Source of the DNA: an uncultured Trueperaceae bacterium
GTDB taxonomy: Bacteria > Deinococcota > Deinococci > Deinococcales > Trueperaceae
NCBI GenBank assembly: GCA_963799485.1
Contig: CAWCXJ010000006.1
Location: forward strand, 384,001-448,000
Direction of reading: 5' to 3'
Length of the DNA stretch: 64,000 nucleotides
Shown piece by piece: positions 12,404-22,515 of this stretch. The notes under the pieces were generated by a model, which did not search any database, had not been told where the DNA came from, and was given only the letters and a program-made list of their open reading frames with translations. The position numbers were made by a program, and so were the translations under genes. How positions within the stretch are numbered: position 1 is the stretch's first letter; each line of letters opens with the position of its first letter.

Positions 12404-13711
12404 ATGAAAGTCAGCATTTTCGGACTCGGATACGTCGGTACCGTAAGTATAGCTTGTATGGCCCACGACGGACATGAGGTCGTCGGCGTCGACGTAAACG
12501 CCGCCAAGGTCGAGATGCTTGGTAAGGGCCAGTCGAGCATCATCGAACCGCAACTCGACGCGCTTTTGCAAGCAGGGGTCGCAGCCGGACGCATCACCGC
12601 GACTACGGACGTGACGCAAGCCGTCGCCGCGTCCGACGTATCGCTTATCAGCGTCGGCACGCCGCCCTGTAACGGTGGCGGCCCGAATCTCAACTACGTC
12701 AGGAGTGTTTGCCTCGAGCTGGGCCGCGCTGTCCGCGCCAAAGCTCGAGCACATACGGTGGTGCTGCGGAGTACGGTGCCACCCGGCACCCTGGAGAGCT
12801 GTCATGAACTCACGCAAAGGGAGGCCGGCGATACAAAAGTACATACTGCTTTTAACCCCGAGTTTTTACGGGAGGGTTCAGCCGTCCGCGATTACACCGA
12901 ACCGCCCTATATCATTATCGGTACCGACGATGAGGTAGCAGAAAATACCGTCCGCGAGCTTTTTGCGAAGGTCGACGCGCCGGTCGTTCGGGTTCAGCCT
13001 GCTGTTGCCGAGCTGATCAAATACACCGCTAACGCCTGGCACGCGACCAAGATCACTTTTGCCAACGAGATCGGCCGTATTGCCAACGCCTTCGAGGTCG
13101 ATGGACGGCAGGTTATGGAACTCGTCACCCAGGACACCAAGCTCAACGTCTCAAAAGCGTACATGCGTCCCGGCTTCGCCTACGGCGGCTCGTGTTTGCC
13201 CAAAGACCTGGCGTCAATTCTCTACTACGCCCAGGCTCGGCGTGTTCCGACGCCGCTTCTCAGCGCCGTTTCGGAGAGCAACAAACAGCTCGTCCAAGCA
13301 GCGCTGGAAGCAGCTTTGGCGACCGGCAAAAGGCGTATCGGGGTGCTGGGGCTGGCGTTCAAAGCCAATACCGACGACCTGCGCGAAAGTCCCGCGGTTC
13401 CTTTGGTCAAACAGCTTTTGGGCGAGGGGCGGCAGCTTACGATTTACGACGCAGCGGTCAACGAGGCCAACTTGCTCGGCGCGAACCTGGGTTACATCCA
13501 GCAAAATCTGCCGCACTTTAGCAATCTGCTCGTGTCCGACATCGGTGAAGCTGTTAGGGACGCCGAACTCATCATCGTGACCTACGGCGCTCGAGCGTTT
13601 GCCGAAGCGCTGATAGACGCCCCACCGGGTAAGGTGGTGCTCGATTTGGCCGGGGTGTTTCCGCAAGGTCAAGTACCCGAACACCTGGACTACCGCGCAC
13701 TCTGCTGGTAA
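12404..13711 (+). CDS. UDP-glucose/GDP-mannose dehydrogenase family (AlgD-like)
   Basis: GLGYVG, NPEFLREG, YMRPGFAYGGSCLPKD, FKANTDDLRESP. Confidence 0.92.
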   Translation: MKVSIFGLGYVGTVSIACMAHDGHEVVGVDVNAAKVEMLGKGQSSIIEPQLDALLQAGVAAGRITATTDVTQAVAASDVSLISVGTPPCNGGGPNLNYVRSVCLELGRAVRAKARAHTVVLRSTVPPGTLESCHELTQREAGDTKVHTAFNPEFLREGSAVRDYTEPPYIIIGTDDEVAENTVRELFAKVDAPVVRVQPAVAELIKYTANAWHATKITFANEIGRIANAFEVDGRQVMELVTQDTKLNVSKAYMRPGFAYGGSCLPKDLASILYYAQARRVPTPLLSAVSESNKQLVQAALEAALATGKRRIGVLGLAFKANTDDLRESPAVPLVKQLLGEGRQLTIYDAAVNEANLLGANLGYIQQNLPHFSNLLVSDIGEAVRDAELIIVTYGARAFAEALIDAPPGKVVLDLAGVFPQGQVPEHLDYRALCW

Positions 13712-13925
13712 CTCGAGCCGGAGTTCTCAGGCAGCTTCCGGCTGCTAATACGCCTGGTACGCCCGGAATTGAGTGCGCCCTAGGCGGGTGTCCATTGGCA
13801 GCGTCTGTGTCGGCAAACATTTCATGCAAACCTTTCGTGCAGACGTCCGGGTAGCGTCACGGACACTTTGCCAAACGTGTAAGGGTCTGGTTGTAGGCAC
13901 AAGTTGGGGAGTGATAGGCTCACCT

Positions 13926-16271
13926 ATGACCGGAACTTCCCCGCGAGACACCCCTGACACCGCTTCCGAAACGACTTCGGAACGGTTGGTCTCAGAAAAC
14001 TTTTTGACTGCCATCTTAGACCGGGACGTGGCGCAAGGGGTCACGCAAGTCGTCACCCGCTTTCCGCCCGAACCCAACGGTTACGCGCACATCGGGCACG
14101 CGGTGGCGAGCTACCTGAACTTCGGGCTGGCCCAAGATTACGGCGGCCTGACCCGGCTTCGGCTCGACGACACGAACCCCCTGACCGAAAGGCTCGAGTA
14201 CGCCGAGGGTCTGATTCACGATATGCGCTGGCTCGGCTGGGCGTGGGCGGGGCCGGTCAGTTACGCCTCGAACTATTTTGACGACTTTTACAAGATGGCC
14301 CAAACGCTCATCCGAAACGGCAAAGCGTATGTAGACAGCGTTTCTGAGGAAGAGATGGCGCGGCTTCGTGGCACCGCGACCACGCCCGGTACGCCGAGCC
14401 CCTACCGCGACCGGAGCGTGGAGGAAAACCTAGACTTGTTGGAGCGGATGCGGGTGGGCGAGTTTGACAACGGTGCGCACGTTTTACGGGCTAAAATCGA
14501 CCTGGCAAACAACAACATGAAACTCCGCGACCCGGTGCTCTACCGCATCGTCAACGCGCCGCACTACCGCACGGGGGACGCGTGGCACATCTACCCGAGC
14601 TACGACTTCGCCCAAGCGCCCTCCGACGCGCTCGACGGGGTGACGCATTCGCTCTGCACCTTGGAGTTCAGCGACAACCGCGCCGTTTACGACTGGCTCA
14701 TGGAGAACCTGTGGGACACGCCGAGGCCGCATCAGTACGAGTTCGGGCGGCGAAGCCTCGAGTACACCGTCGTCAGCAAACGCAAACTGATCGAACTCGT
14801 CAACCGGGGCGCGGTGTCAGGTTGGGACGACCCCCGGATGCCGACCTTAGCAGGTTTACGGCGGCGCGGTGTGCGGCCCGAAGCCATCCGCGACTTCGCC
14901 GGACGTATCGGCATTTCGCGGACGAACCGAACGGTCGATATCGCACTTTTGGAATACGCTATCCGCCACGACTTGAGCCCCATCTCACCGCGCGTGATGG
15001 CGGTTTTGGAACCTCTCAAAGTCACGCTGACAAACTACCCTGAAGGGCAAAGCGAGCTGCTCGACGCCTCTTACTGGCCCCATGACGTCCCGAACGAAGG
15101 CTCACGCAAACTCCCCTTCGGTCGTGAACTCTACATCGAACAGAGCGACTTTCAAAGGACACCTGAACGGGGTTTCAAACGCCTTTCGCCGGGGGCCAAG
15201 GTGCGTTTACGGCACGCCTACGTCATCCGCTGCGATGAGGTCATCCAAGACGACGCGGGTTTTGTAACCGAACTGCGCTGCGCCTACGAACCCGATACGC
15301 TGGGTCAAAGCCCGCGCAAAGACGTCGGCGGGGTGATTCACTGGGTTGCGGCGGGTGAGGCCGTTCCGACAGAGTTTCGGCTTTACGACCGGCTTTTTAG
15401 CGTGCCTAACCCCGAAGACGACGACGTCCCGTTTACCGACAAGCTCAACCCCGACTCGCTCCACACCGACCGGGGTTTCGTCGAACCGAGCGTTTTACGT
15501 GACCCGCCCGACACGCACTATCAGTTCGAGCGGCAGGGCTATTTCGTCCGCGATCCGGAGTCGTCCCCCGAACAACTCGTGTTTAACCGCACAATCACCT
15601 TAAAAGATACCTGGGCAAAAACGCACGACGCGCAAGCGCACGCCGGGAGCGCCAGCAGGCCCGAGTCGAGAGACGAAACCAGAGCCGCCGTAAAATCTCG
15701 AGCAAAACCTCAGAGAGCAGCCAGGGACGTGACCGCCGATTTCTCCGCAGACGAGCGGGACCGCTTTAGCACGTTTACGGCTCAGGGGGCGAGCCCTGAA
15801 GAGGCCGCCGTACTCGTTCGGGACAGTGCACTCGGTGACTATTTTAGAGACACCGTAAATGTTCACTCGAGCCCGCAACTCGCCAGCTGGGTCGTCGGTG
15901 ACGTGGCGCACGAACACAAGCTAAACGGCACCTTCAAGGTGTCGCCGCAAAAGCTGGCGGAACTCGTCTCTTTAGTTGATGACGGCACGCTCAGCACGCG
16001 GCTTGCCAAAGAGGTGTTTACCGAGATGGCAAAAACGGGGCAGAGCGCGCCGGAGATCGTCGGGGCGCGGGGGCTCGAGCAGGTCTCGGACAAAGGCACG
16101 CTGGAGCCGCTTATCGACGCGCTCATCGCCCGCAACCCCGACAAGGCCGACGCCTACCGGGGCGGTAAAACCGGCTTGCTGGGCTTTTTCGTCGGGCAGC
16201 TGATGAAAGAAACCAAAGGGCAAGCCAACCCGCAGTTGGCGCAAGAGCTGGTTAAAGAAAAACTCGGCTAG
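13926..16271 (+). CDS. glnS: glutamine--tRNA ligase with C-terminal YqeY/GatB domain
   Basis: TRFPPEPNGYAHIGH, VVSKRKL, YQFERQGYF; C-terminal GLLGFFVGQLMKETKGQANP; leaderless TAGGCT-N5-ATG. Confidence 0.95.
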   Translation: MTGTSPRDTPDTASETTSERLVSENFLTAILDRDVAQGVTQVVTRFPPEPNGYAHIGHAVASYLNFGLAQDYGGLTRLRLDDTNPLTERLEYAEGLIHDMRWLGWAWAGPVSYASNYFDDFYKMAQTLIRNGKAYVDSVSEEEMARLRGTATTPGTPSPYRDRSVEENLDLLERMRVGEFDNGAHVLRAKIDLANNNMKLRDPVLYRIVNAPHYRTGDAWHIYPSYDFAQAPSDALDGVTHSLCTLEFSDNRAVYDWLMENLWDTPRPHQYEFGRRSLEYTVVSKRKLIELVNRGAVSGWDDPRMPTLAGLRRRGVRPEAIRDFAGRIGISRTNRTVDIALLEYAIRHDLSPISPRVMAVLEPLKVTLTNYPEGQSELLDASYWPHDVPNEGSRKLPFGRELYIEQSDFQRTPERGFKRLSPGAKVRLRHAYVIRCDEVIQDDAGFVTELRCAYEPDTLGQSPRKDVGGVIHWVAAGEAVPTEFRLYDRLFSVPNPEDDDVPFTDKLNPDSLHTDRGFVEPSVLRDPPDTHYQFERQGYFVRDPESSPEQLVFNRTITLKDTWAKTHDAQAHAGSASRPESRDETRAAVKSRAKPQRAARDVTADFSADERDRFSTFTAQGASPEEAAVLVRDSALGDYFRDTVNVHSSPQLASWVVGDVAHEHKLNGTFKVSPQKLAELVSLVDDGTLSTRLAKEVFTEMAKTGQSAPEIVGARGLEQVSDKGTLEPLIDALIARNPDKADAYRGGKTGLLGFFVGQLMKETKGQANPQLAQELVKEKLG

Positions 16272-16993
16272 AGGGCGTAGGTTTTGAGCCGGTCGTAAAG
16301 CGGCGCACAAACCTCGAGCAGCGGTCTTAAGTGTTCGGGAAACGGCTCTGTTTTCGGTTTGTACGGAGCGAAGGTACTCGAGGCGTGAACGTTTTTATAC
16401 CAGTATTTCGCCCACACCCCGTCTTCGGGTTTGGGGCCGACGGGCCAAGCGAGCATCGCCGGTTCAAAGGGTAACTCTAAGGCGCTGCACAGTCCGCGTA
16501 GCACCCGCTCAGGATTTTGCAGGAGCCGTTTAGCTTCGATGACAACAGGCGTTTGACCCGATGCTAAAACCTCCTCCAGCAACTCGACTTGTTCGCGCAA
16601 ACCGGTGTCGCGGAGCGTCGGTTCGGGTAGTTCTTGCGCCAAAGACGGGAGCATCTCAGCCGGGTCACGTATCAGCAGCACGTTGTGCAGCTCACGTAAA
16701 AATGCCCGGTCTAAGCCGGCAAGGTGATGCGCCATATTTTTGAACATCACCACGGATTCATCGTACCGACCCAGCAAAACATTCTGGACGACCCTTACAC
16801 TGTCTGAGTCCATCTCTGCCAAGACCTCAGCTTTACCAGGGTGCGGCGTGTCCGTCAGGTTGAGGTAATGCCCGTAAAGCGGTTCATCGACGACCACCGT
16901 GTCGGGACGTTGCCGAAAACTGTACATCAGCGCCGTCGAAACGTTACGCGGCCCCGACCAGACCGACACGCGTTGGGTCGCAGTTCGGGTCAC
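16268..16993 (-). CDS. sulfotransferase-like P-loop protein
   Basis: WSGPRNVSTALMYSFRQR, DEPLYG, FKNMAHH, LLIRDP, GVWAKYWY. Confidence 0.8.
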   Translation of the reverse strand: MTRTATQRVSVWSGPRNVSTALMYSFRQRPDTVVVDEPLYGHYLNLTDTPHPGKAEVLAEMDSDSVRVVQNVLLGRYDESVVMFKNMAHHLAGLDRAFLRELHNVLLIRDPAEMLPSLAQELPEPTLRDTGLREQVELLEEVLASGQTPVVIEAKRLLQNPERVLRGLCSALELPFEPAMLAWPVGPKPEDGVWAKYWYKNVHASSTFAPYKPKTEPFPEHLRPLLEVCAPLYDRLKTYAL

Positions 16994-17919
16994 GCGGTAG
17001 CCTCGGCAACAGCATCTTTGTAAAGTGCACCGAGCCGCGCTGTGACCGGGCCGAAGCCCTCGCCTGCTGTGTTTCCTGCTGTGTTCCCTACTGTGCGCCC
17101 ATCGACCGAAACGACCGGCGTCAGGCTGCCGAAAGTACCGGTTACAAACGCTTCGTCGGCGCTGTAGACCTCGGTCAGCGAAAAAGGCTTCTCAAATGCG
17201 GGGATATCGTGGGCGCGGCAAAGCTCGAGCACCAGCCGCCGAGTAATCCCGTTCAGGCAGTACTGCCCCGTTGACGTCCAGACCTCACCCCGCCGGACGA
17301 TAAAAAAGTTCGTCGCGTTGCACGTCGCGACGAACCCCTCCGGGTCAAGCATCAGCGCTTCGTCCGCGCCCGCGTGAAGCGCCTGTACGAGCGCGACGAC
17401 CTCGTGCAGTTTGCTGTGGCAATTGAGTTTTTGGTCGAGCGTATCGGGCGGTGGACGCCGCACCGTTGCCGTAAAAAGCCTTACGCCCGCCTTCATTACG
17501 TCCGGGTCGGCGCGTTTATGCTCGGCGATGATGACGATCGTAGGGCCACCGACCACCAGACGTGGGTCTTGCGAAGGTGTTTTTTTGGTGCCGCGCGTGA
17601 TCATCAGCCGGACGTGAACATCACTTTGCATGGCGTTTTGCCGGATGGTCGCGTAAAGCGCGTCGGTCAGGTCTTCTCTGGTTTTGCCGATATCGAGGCC
17701 AATTGCTTTTGCCCCTTCAAAAAGACGATCTAGGTGCCGCTCTAAAAAGGCAAACTTGCCGTGGTGCAGCCGGATGCCCTCCCAAACACCGTCGCCGACC
17801 AAAAAGCCGCTGTCGAAAACGGACACCTTGGCCTCGGTACGGGGGAAGAACTCGCCGTTGACGTAGATTTGAACGGTTTCGTTACGGGGGTCGGGTAGAG
17901 ACGCGTGGGTTCCTCGCAT
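16990..17919 (-). CDS. aminotransferase class IV (branched-chain/D-amino acid aminotransferase-like)
   Basis: SVFDSGFLVGDGVWEG, LNGITR, DEAFVTGT; GTGA overlap with downstream gene. Confidence 0.9.
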   Translation of the reverse strand: MRGTHASLPDPRNETVQIYVNGEFFPRTEAKVSVFDSGFLVGDGVWEGIRLHHGKFAFLERHLDRLFEGAKAIGLDIGKTREDLTDALYATIRQNAMQSDVHVRLMITRGTKKTPSQDPRLVVGGPTIVIIAEHKRADPDVMKAGVRLFTATVRRPPPDTLDQKLNCHSKLHEVVALVQALHAGADEALMLDPEGFVATCNATNFFIVRRGEVWTSTGQYCLNGITRRLVLELCRAHDIPAFEKPFSLTEVYSADEAFVTGTFGSLTPVVSVDGRTVGNTAGNTAGEGFGPVTARLGALYKDAVAEATA

Positions 17920-17962
17920 GCCTCTACTCTAAAAGAAATAATGTGCCCCGGTTCGGCGTTGC

Positions 17963-18847
17963 CTAGAGAACGGCCTTCGCCTGTTTTTTATCCTCAGTCA
18001 GTTGCGCCTTGAGCGCGTCCAGACTACCGAATTTCTTTTGTACTCGCAGAAAGTGCTCGAACGATACATGCAGCGTCTCTCCGTACAGATCGCCGCTAAA
18101 GTCGAAGAGATGAACCTCCAGAGCGGGCGGTGCGTCCGGATACGAAGGGCGCGGCCCGACGTTTGCCATCCCCGCCAAACGGCCCGTGGGTGTTTCGGCG
18201 TAGACGGCAAAAACGCCGAGCGGAAGCGCTTTTTCCGGCGGCAGCGCGAGGTTGGCGGTGGGAAAACCGATAGTCCGCCCGCGTTTATCACCCTCTACGA
18301 CTGTGCCGAAAACGAGGTAGCTGTAGCCCAAAAACCTGCGCGCCTCCGCGACGTGACCCTTTTGCAGCAGCTCGCGGATATAAGACGACTTGATAGGCTC
18401 CTCTTCAAGCCGCTCCAAGCTGAATACCTCGAGCCGTTCGGTCACGTGTTGCAAATCGTCCAGACCACCGCTGCGCGCGTGTCCAAAACGAAAATCGTCC
18501 CCGACGATGAGGTGTTTGGGGTTGAGCCTTTCGAGCTCGCGTAAAAAGTGCTCTTTGGGCGTTTGGGCGTACGCTCGGCTAAAGGGCGTCATCACCACGG
18601 CGTCCGGGTTGAAGACGCTTAGCAGATAAAGTTTTTCCTCGGCGGAGGAGAGGTAGGGTTTGCCCCGGAAGACGACCTTGGCGGGCGGAAAAAAGGTTAG
18701 AACGACGCTCGGTACCCCGAGTTTTTCAGCGACGTGTTGCGTCCGCCGCAAGAGGAGCTGATGACCGAGATGGACGCCGTCGAAGTTGCCGATGCAGAGC
18801 ACACAACCTTTTAGCGTGAGTTCGTCCGGGGTAGAAACGACCTTCAA
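17963..18847 (-). CDS. ribF: bifunctional riboflavin kinase/FAD synthetase
   Basis: GNFDGVHLGH, GDDFRFG, GRTIGFPTAN, LEVHLFDF. Confidence 0.95.
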   Translation of the reverse strand: MKVVSTPDELTLKGCVLCIGNFDGVHLGHQLLLRRTQHVAEKLGVPSVVLTFFPPAKVVFRGKPYLSSAEEKLYLLSVFNPDAVVMTPFSRAYAQTPKEHFLRELERLNPKHLIVGDDFRFGHARSGGLDDLQHVTERLEVFSLERLEEEPIKSSYIRELLQKGHVAEARRFLGYSYLVFGTVVEGDKRGRTIGFPTANLALPPEKALPLGVFAVYAETPTGRLAGMANVGPRPSYPDAPPALEVHLFDFSGDLYGETLHVSFEHFLRVQKKFGSLDALKAQLTEDKKQAKAVL

Positions 18848-19350
18848 GGTAACCTGCTGCGCTTGCCGAGGGCGTAGGTCAGGCCCAGCAGGGTCGGCCC
18901 GCTGCTGGGAATCTCACCACCGGCGATACGCTGCCACGTGTGTTCAAGTGGTTTCCAGAAAACCTCGAAATCGTCCTCTTCGTCGCCTGCGAGCTGACGT
19001 TCGAACAGCTCGGTCGCTTCAAACACATAGACCTTTTCGTCGGTAAACCCGGGACTCGAGAACACCTCGGCAACAAGCGTCAGCGTCCCGCCGAGGCCCA
19101 CCTCTTCAGCGAGCTCGCGCGCCGCTGCCGCTTCAGGCGTTTCGCCCGCGTCGACGAGACCTGCCGGAAGTTCCCAGGTTTTTTGCCCGATTGCCGGACG
19201 GTCTTGGGCGACCAGCAAGATCTCGAGCTGCCCGTTAAGCTCACGTAGCACGAGTACGGCGACCGCCGGAACGTGCTCGACGACCTCCCAGCGGTCTGCC
19301 AGCTTGACGACGCGAATAACTTTGCCGTCGTAGATAATTTTTTTGGTCAC
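18844..19350 (-). CDS. NUDIX hydrolase (ADP-ribose pyrophosphatase-like)
   Basis: Nudix box PAGLVDAGETPEAAAARELAEEVG, SPGFTDE. Confidence 0.92.
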   Translation of the reverse strand: MTKKIIYDGKVIRVVKLADRWEVVEHVPAVAVLVLRELNGQLEILLVAQDRPAIGQKTWELPAGLVDAGETPEAAAARELAEEVGLGGTLTLVAEVFSSPGFTDEKVYVFEATELFERQLAGDEEDDFEVFWKPLEHTWQRIAGGEIPSSGPTLLGLTYALGKRSRLP

Positions 19351-19449
19351 CAGAGACCTCGAGCCGTAGCAATGCTGTTCACACGGTCACTATGACGTAA
19401 AAGGCAGGTTGTCAAAGGTGCCTCAGCTGACGGAGACACCTTTTTGAAG

Positions 19450-20517
19450 CTAGTTCTCGTCCGGGTTGTAACGTAAAAACGCAGGGATGTCGAAATTCGT
19501 TGGGTCGTAGCTGCGGCCTCCGCCGATAGCGGTGCGAAGCTGGGCCGGGCGCAAGATTTTAGGTTGTGCAGCGTGGTCGAAGCCGGCGGCGATGACCGTG
19601 ACGCGCACCTCGTCGCCCGCATCTTCATCGTAGGCGACTCCGAACAGCACATTCGGGTCTTCGACCTCGGTGGCCTCGCTGATCTTCTCGACGATCTCGT
19701 GGGCGTCAAAGAGCGTCAACTCTTCGGAGCCGGTGATATTGACCAAAAGCTGATGTGCGCCCTCGACGCCGCGCGCCAGCAGCGGCGAGTGGGTGGCGCT
19801 GTTTGCGGCCTCCTCGACGAGGTGTTCACCGCGCCCCGAACCGATGCCCATCAGAACCGTACCTGCACCCGAGAGGAGCGCGCGTACGTCGGCAAAATCG
19901 ACGTTGATCAGGCCCGACTTGTTGATGACGTCGCTGATACCTTTGACGCCGAAGTAAAGCACCCGGTCGGCAACGCGGAACGCGTCAGACAGCTTGACCT
20001 TGCGGTCTAGAGCCGACAAGAGGCGCTGGTTTTCGACGACGATTAAAGCGTCTACCTTGTCCTCGAGCCGCCGCAAACCCTCTTCGGCCTGACGCATCCG
20101 GTTCGGGCCTTCAAACTGAAACGGCGTGGTGACGACGGCAACGGTCAAGGCCCCCTGCTCACGCGACACCTCGGCGACGATCGGCGCGCTGCCGGTGCCG
20201 GTACCGCCGCCCATCCCGGCGGTAATAAACACGAGGTCGCTGCCGCGCAGCTGCTCGGCGATGCGGTCACGGTCTTCGACGGCGGCTTTTTCGCCGATTT
20301 CCGGGTTGGCTCCGGCTCCCAAGCCTTTGGTCAGGTGGTCGCCCATCTGAATACGGGTGTCGGCAAGACTGGTCGTTAAAACCTGGGCGTCGGTGTTGGC
20401 GGCGATAAACTGCACGCCCTCGAGCCCTGCTTCGATCATCCGGTTGACCGCGTTGTTGCCGCCGCCGCCCAGACCGATCACCCGAATGACGGCATTTTCC
20501 GTTACGTTACTGATCAT
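19450..20517 (-). CDS. ftsZ: cell division protein FtsZ
   Basis: GLGGGGNNA, GMGGGTGTG, NVDFAD, C-terminal DIPAFLR. Confidence 0.99.
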   Translation of the reverse strand: MISNVTENAVIRVIGLGGGGNNAVNRMIEAGLEGVQFIAANTDAQVLTTSLADTRIQMGDHLTKGLGAGANPEIGEKAAVEDRDRIAEQLRGSDLVFITAGMGGGTGTGSAPIVAEVSREQGALTVAVVTTPFQFEGPNRMRQAEEGLRRLEDKVDALIVVENQRLLSALDRKVKLSDAFRVADRVLYFGVKGISDVINKSGLINVDFADVRALLSGAGTVLMGIGSGRGEHLVEEAANSATHSPLLARGVEGAHQLLVNITGSEELTLFDAHEIVEKISEATEVEDPNVLFGVAYDEDAGDEVRVTVIAAGFDHAAQPKILRPAQLRTAIGGGRSYDPTNFDIPAFLRYNPDEN

Positions 20518-20612
20518 CGTCTGCTCCTATTGGGAAACCCCAGAAAAAACTTGTGCGTGAAACCTCGTAAAAAACCCTTGCGAGAGAAATTTGCCAAAAA
20601 AAGATAAAAAAG

Positions 20613-21878
20613 TTAAAAGAAACCTTTGAGAAAATCGCGAACGGTGCTGATAACACCGCCTAACCCCGCGCCGCCTTCACCCGGGAGCCGGACGACGCGC
20701 GGGGGAAGGCGGCGCGCCGTGGTTCCAGCCGACAGCTGTTTGAACTGCATACCGTGCCGCACCAAACCGACCGCCGTCGCGTGGGCAGGACTTGCCACCA
20801 CATCGACGAGCCCGGAGACGTTGAGCGGTTTGCCGATCCGCACCGGTAAACGAAAGCGTTCGGTGGCGACCTGCTCGGTGCCGCGCATCAAAGACGCGCC
20901 GCCCGTAATCACCACGCTGCCGGCAAGCAGCTCCAACGCGCCCATCCGCTGTTCGATGGCGCGTTTTACGAGGTCTAGAATTTCGATAACGCGCGGGCGA
21001 ATCACCTGCGCGAGTTCAAAGGTCGTCAAAGACGAGGTGTAGTTGGGGTGTGAGACCTCCAACTCGACCTCACGGTCGGCAAGTTCAGGGAGCGCGACAC
21101 CGTACTTTTTCTTGACACGTTCGGCCTCGTCGGGCGGAATCCGCAAAAGTTGCGAGATGTCCTGGGTGATGTGGTCGCCGCCCAAGGGAATCACTGCCGA
21201 GTCGGTCAGCGTCCCCCGGCGAAAGACGCCGACGTCGGTGGTACCGCCGCCGATATCGATAAGCACGGTGGTGAGTTCGCGCTCGCTATCGGTCAGCACC
21301 GCGAGGCCCGAGGCGAGTGCCTGGACGACCATTCCGTCGACCTCGACCCCGGCGTCGTGGGCGCAGCGGCGCAGGTTTTGCAGTGGCCCCTGCGCCCCGG
21401 CGACGATATGCACGTCGACCTCGAGGCGTACGCCGCTCATCCCCACGGGGTCTTTGATACCGTCTTGCCCGTCGACCACGTACTCTTGCGGAATAACGTG
21501 AACGACGTCCATGTTGGCCTCGAGCGGGACGGCCTTGGCGTTGTCGATGGTGCGCTGAACGTCGGTCTCGCTGATCTGCTGACCCCGGCGAATCGCCGCC
21601 ATCCCGTGACTCGTAAATGCCCGCAGATGACTTCCGGCGACGCCGATCCAAGCGTCTTTGACCTCGACGCCCGCGACGCGTTCGGCGGCGGCGACCGACT
21701 GCCGCACCGAGGCGATGGTGCGCTCCAAGTTGACGACGACCCCTTTGCGGAGTCCGTCACATGGCACGGTGCCTTCACCGATGATGTCGAGTACGCCGTC
21801 GCTCGCCACTTCACCGATGACGGTGCAAATTTTGGTCGTACCGATGTCGAGCCCGACGATAATGCGTTCATCTGTCAT
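20613..21878 (-). CDS. ftsA: cell division protein FtsA
   Basis: GLDIGTTKI, DIGGGTTD, ITGGASL. Confidence 0.97.
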   Translation of the reverse strand: MTDERIIVGLDIGTTKICTVIGEVASDGVLDIIGEGTVPCDGLRKGVVVNLERTIASVRQSVAAAERVAGVEVKDAWIGVAGSHLRAFTSHGMAAIRRGQQISETDVQRTIDNAKAVPLEANMDVVHVIPQEYVVDGQDGIKDPVGMSGVRLEVDVHIVAGAQGPLQNLRRCAHDAGVEVDGMVVQALASGLAVLTDSERELTTVLIDIGGGTTDVGVFRRGTLTDSAVIPLGGDHITQDISQLLRIPPDEAERVKKKYGVALPELADREVELEVSHPNYTSSLTTFELAQVIRPRVIEILDLVKRAIEQRMGALELLAGSVVITGGASLMRGTEQVATERFRLPVRIGKPLNVSGLVDVVASPAHATAVGLVRHGMQFKQLSAGTTARRLPPRVVRLPGEGGAGLGGVISTVRDFLKGFF

Positions 21879-21915
21879 GGTCGTAAAACCTCTGTTACGT
21901 TGTTCCTTAGGTTCA

Positions 21916-22515
21916 TCACTGTTGTGTGCTCACTCCCCACGGGTAGACCGCGACGCGCGCTGCTTGCTGCTCTACAAAAGCCGACCAGTGCGCCCGTAAA
22001 ACCTCTGCGCCCGGCGTATAAAGAGAAGAACCAGCGAAGCTAACCGTAAAGCCGCTTGGTGCGTAGCTTAACATCTGCGGACGTTTAGATGCCACGAGTC
22101 GGTAGATAGCCAGCGCCTCCTTGCTCCGGTCGGGGCCCCACCCCCTAAGGGGTACAGCGCGGGCACGGTCGGCGGAAGTGGCTCCCGGTAAGACCGTACC
22201 GTCGAGCGCGTAGGCCGTCGCGCCCTGAACCAGAACAGGGGTGCGTTCCGTCACCGAAAGGTAGAGCGTACCGGGCCATTTGCGGACGACCTGCGCGCCC
22301 AAAATCCAGGGGTCGCGCGCTAGCGCGCCGACCCGCTGCTTCGTCACCCACAAGAGGGGAAAGCCGACGCGGACGCGCGCCAAGCGGAGAATGTCGGCCT
22401 CGCTGTAGTGCGATGCGCCCGAGACCTGAACGCGCTCGATTTTGGGGTAAAAAAGGCTTACCCCAACGACGAGCAGAGAAAGTACGAACAGGGCGCGGAG
22501 CACTATGCGGAACAT
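21916..22515 (-). CDS. ftsQ: FtsQ/DivIB-like POTRA protein
   Basis: N-terminal TM helix, POTRA-like VQVSG...DPWI..AQVVRKWPGTL; position before ftsA. Confidence 0.8.
   Translation of the reverse strand: MFRIVLRALFVLSLLVVGVSLFYPKIERVQVSGASHYSEADILRLARVRVGFPLLWVTKQRVGALARDPWILGAQVVRKWPGTLYLSVTERTPVLVQGATAYALDGTVLPGATSADRARAVPLRGWGPDRSKEALAIYRLVASKRPQMLSYAPSGFTVSFAGSSLYTPGAEVLRAHWSAFVEQQAARVAVYPWGVSTQQ

Noticed and set aside
17063..17096. 12-bp tandem repeat in the aminotransferase gene
   Set aside because: In-frame slippage giving GNTAGNTAG in a C-terminal loop; unlikely functional
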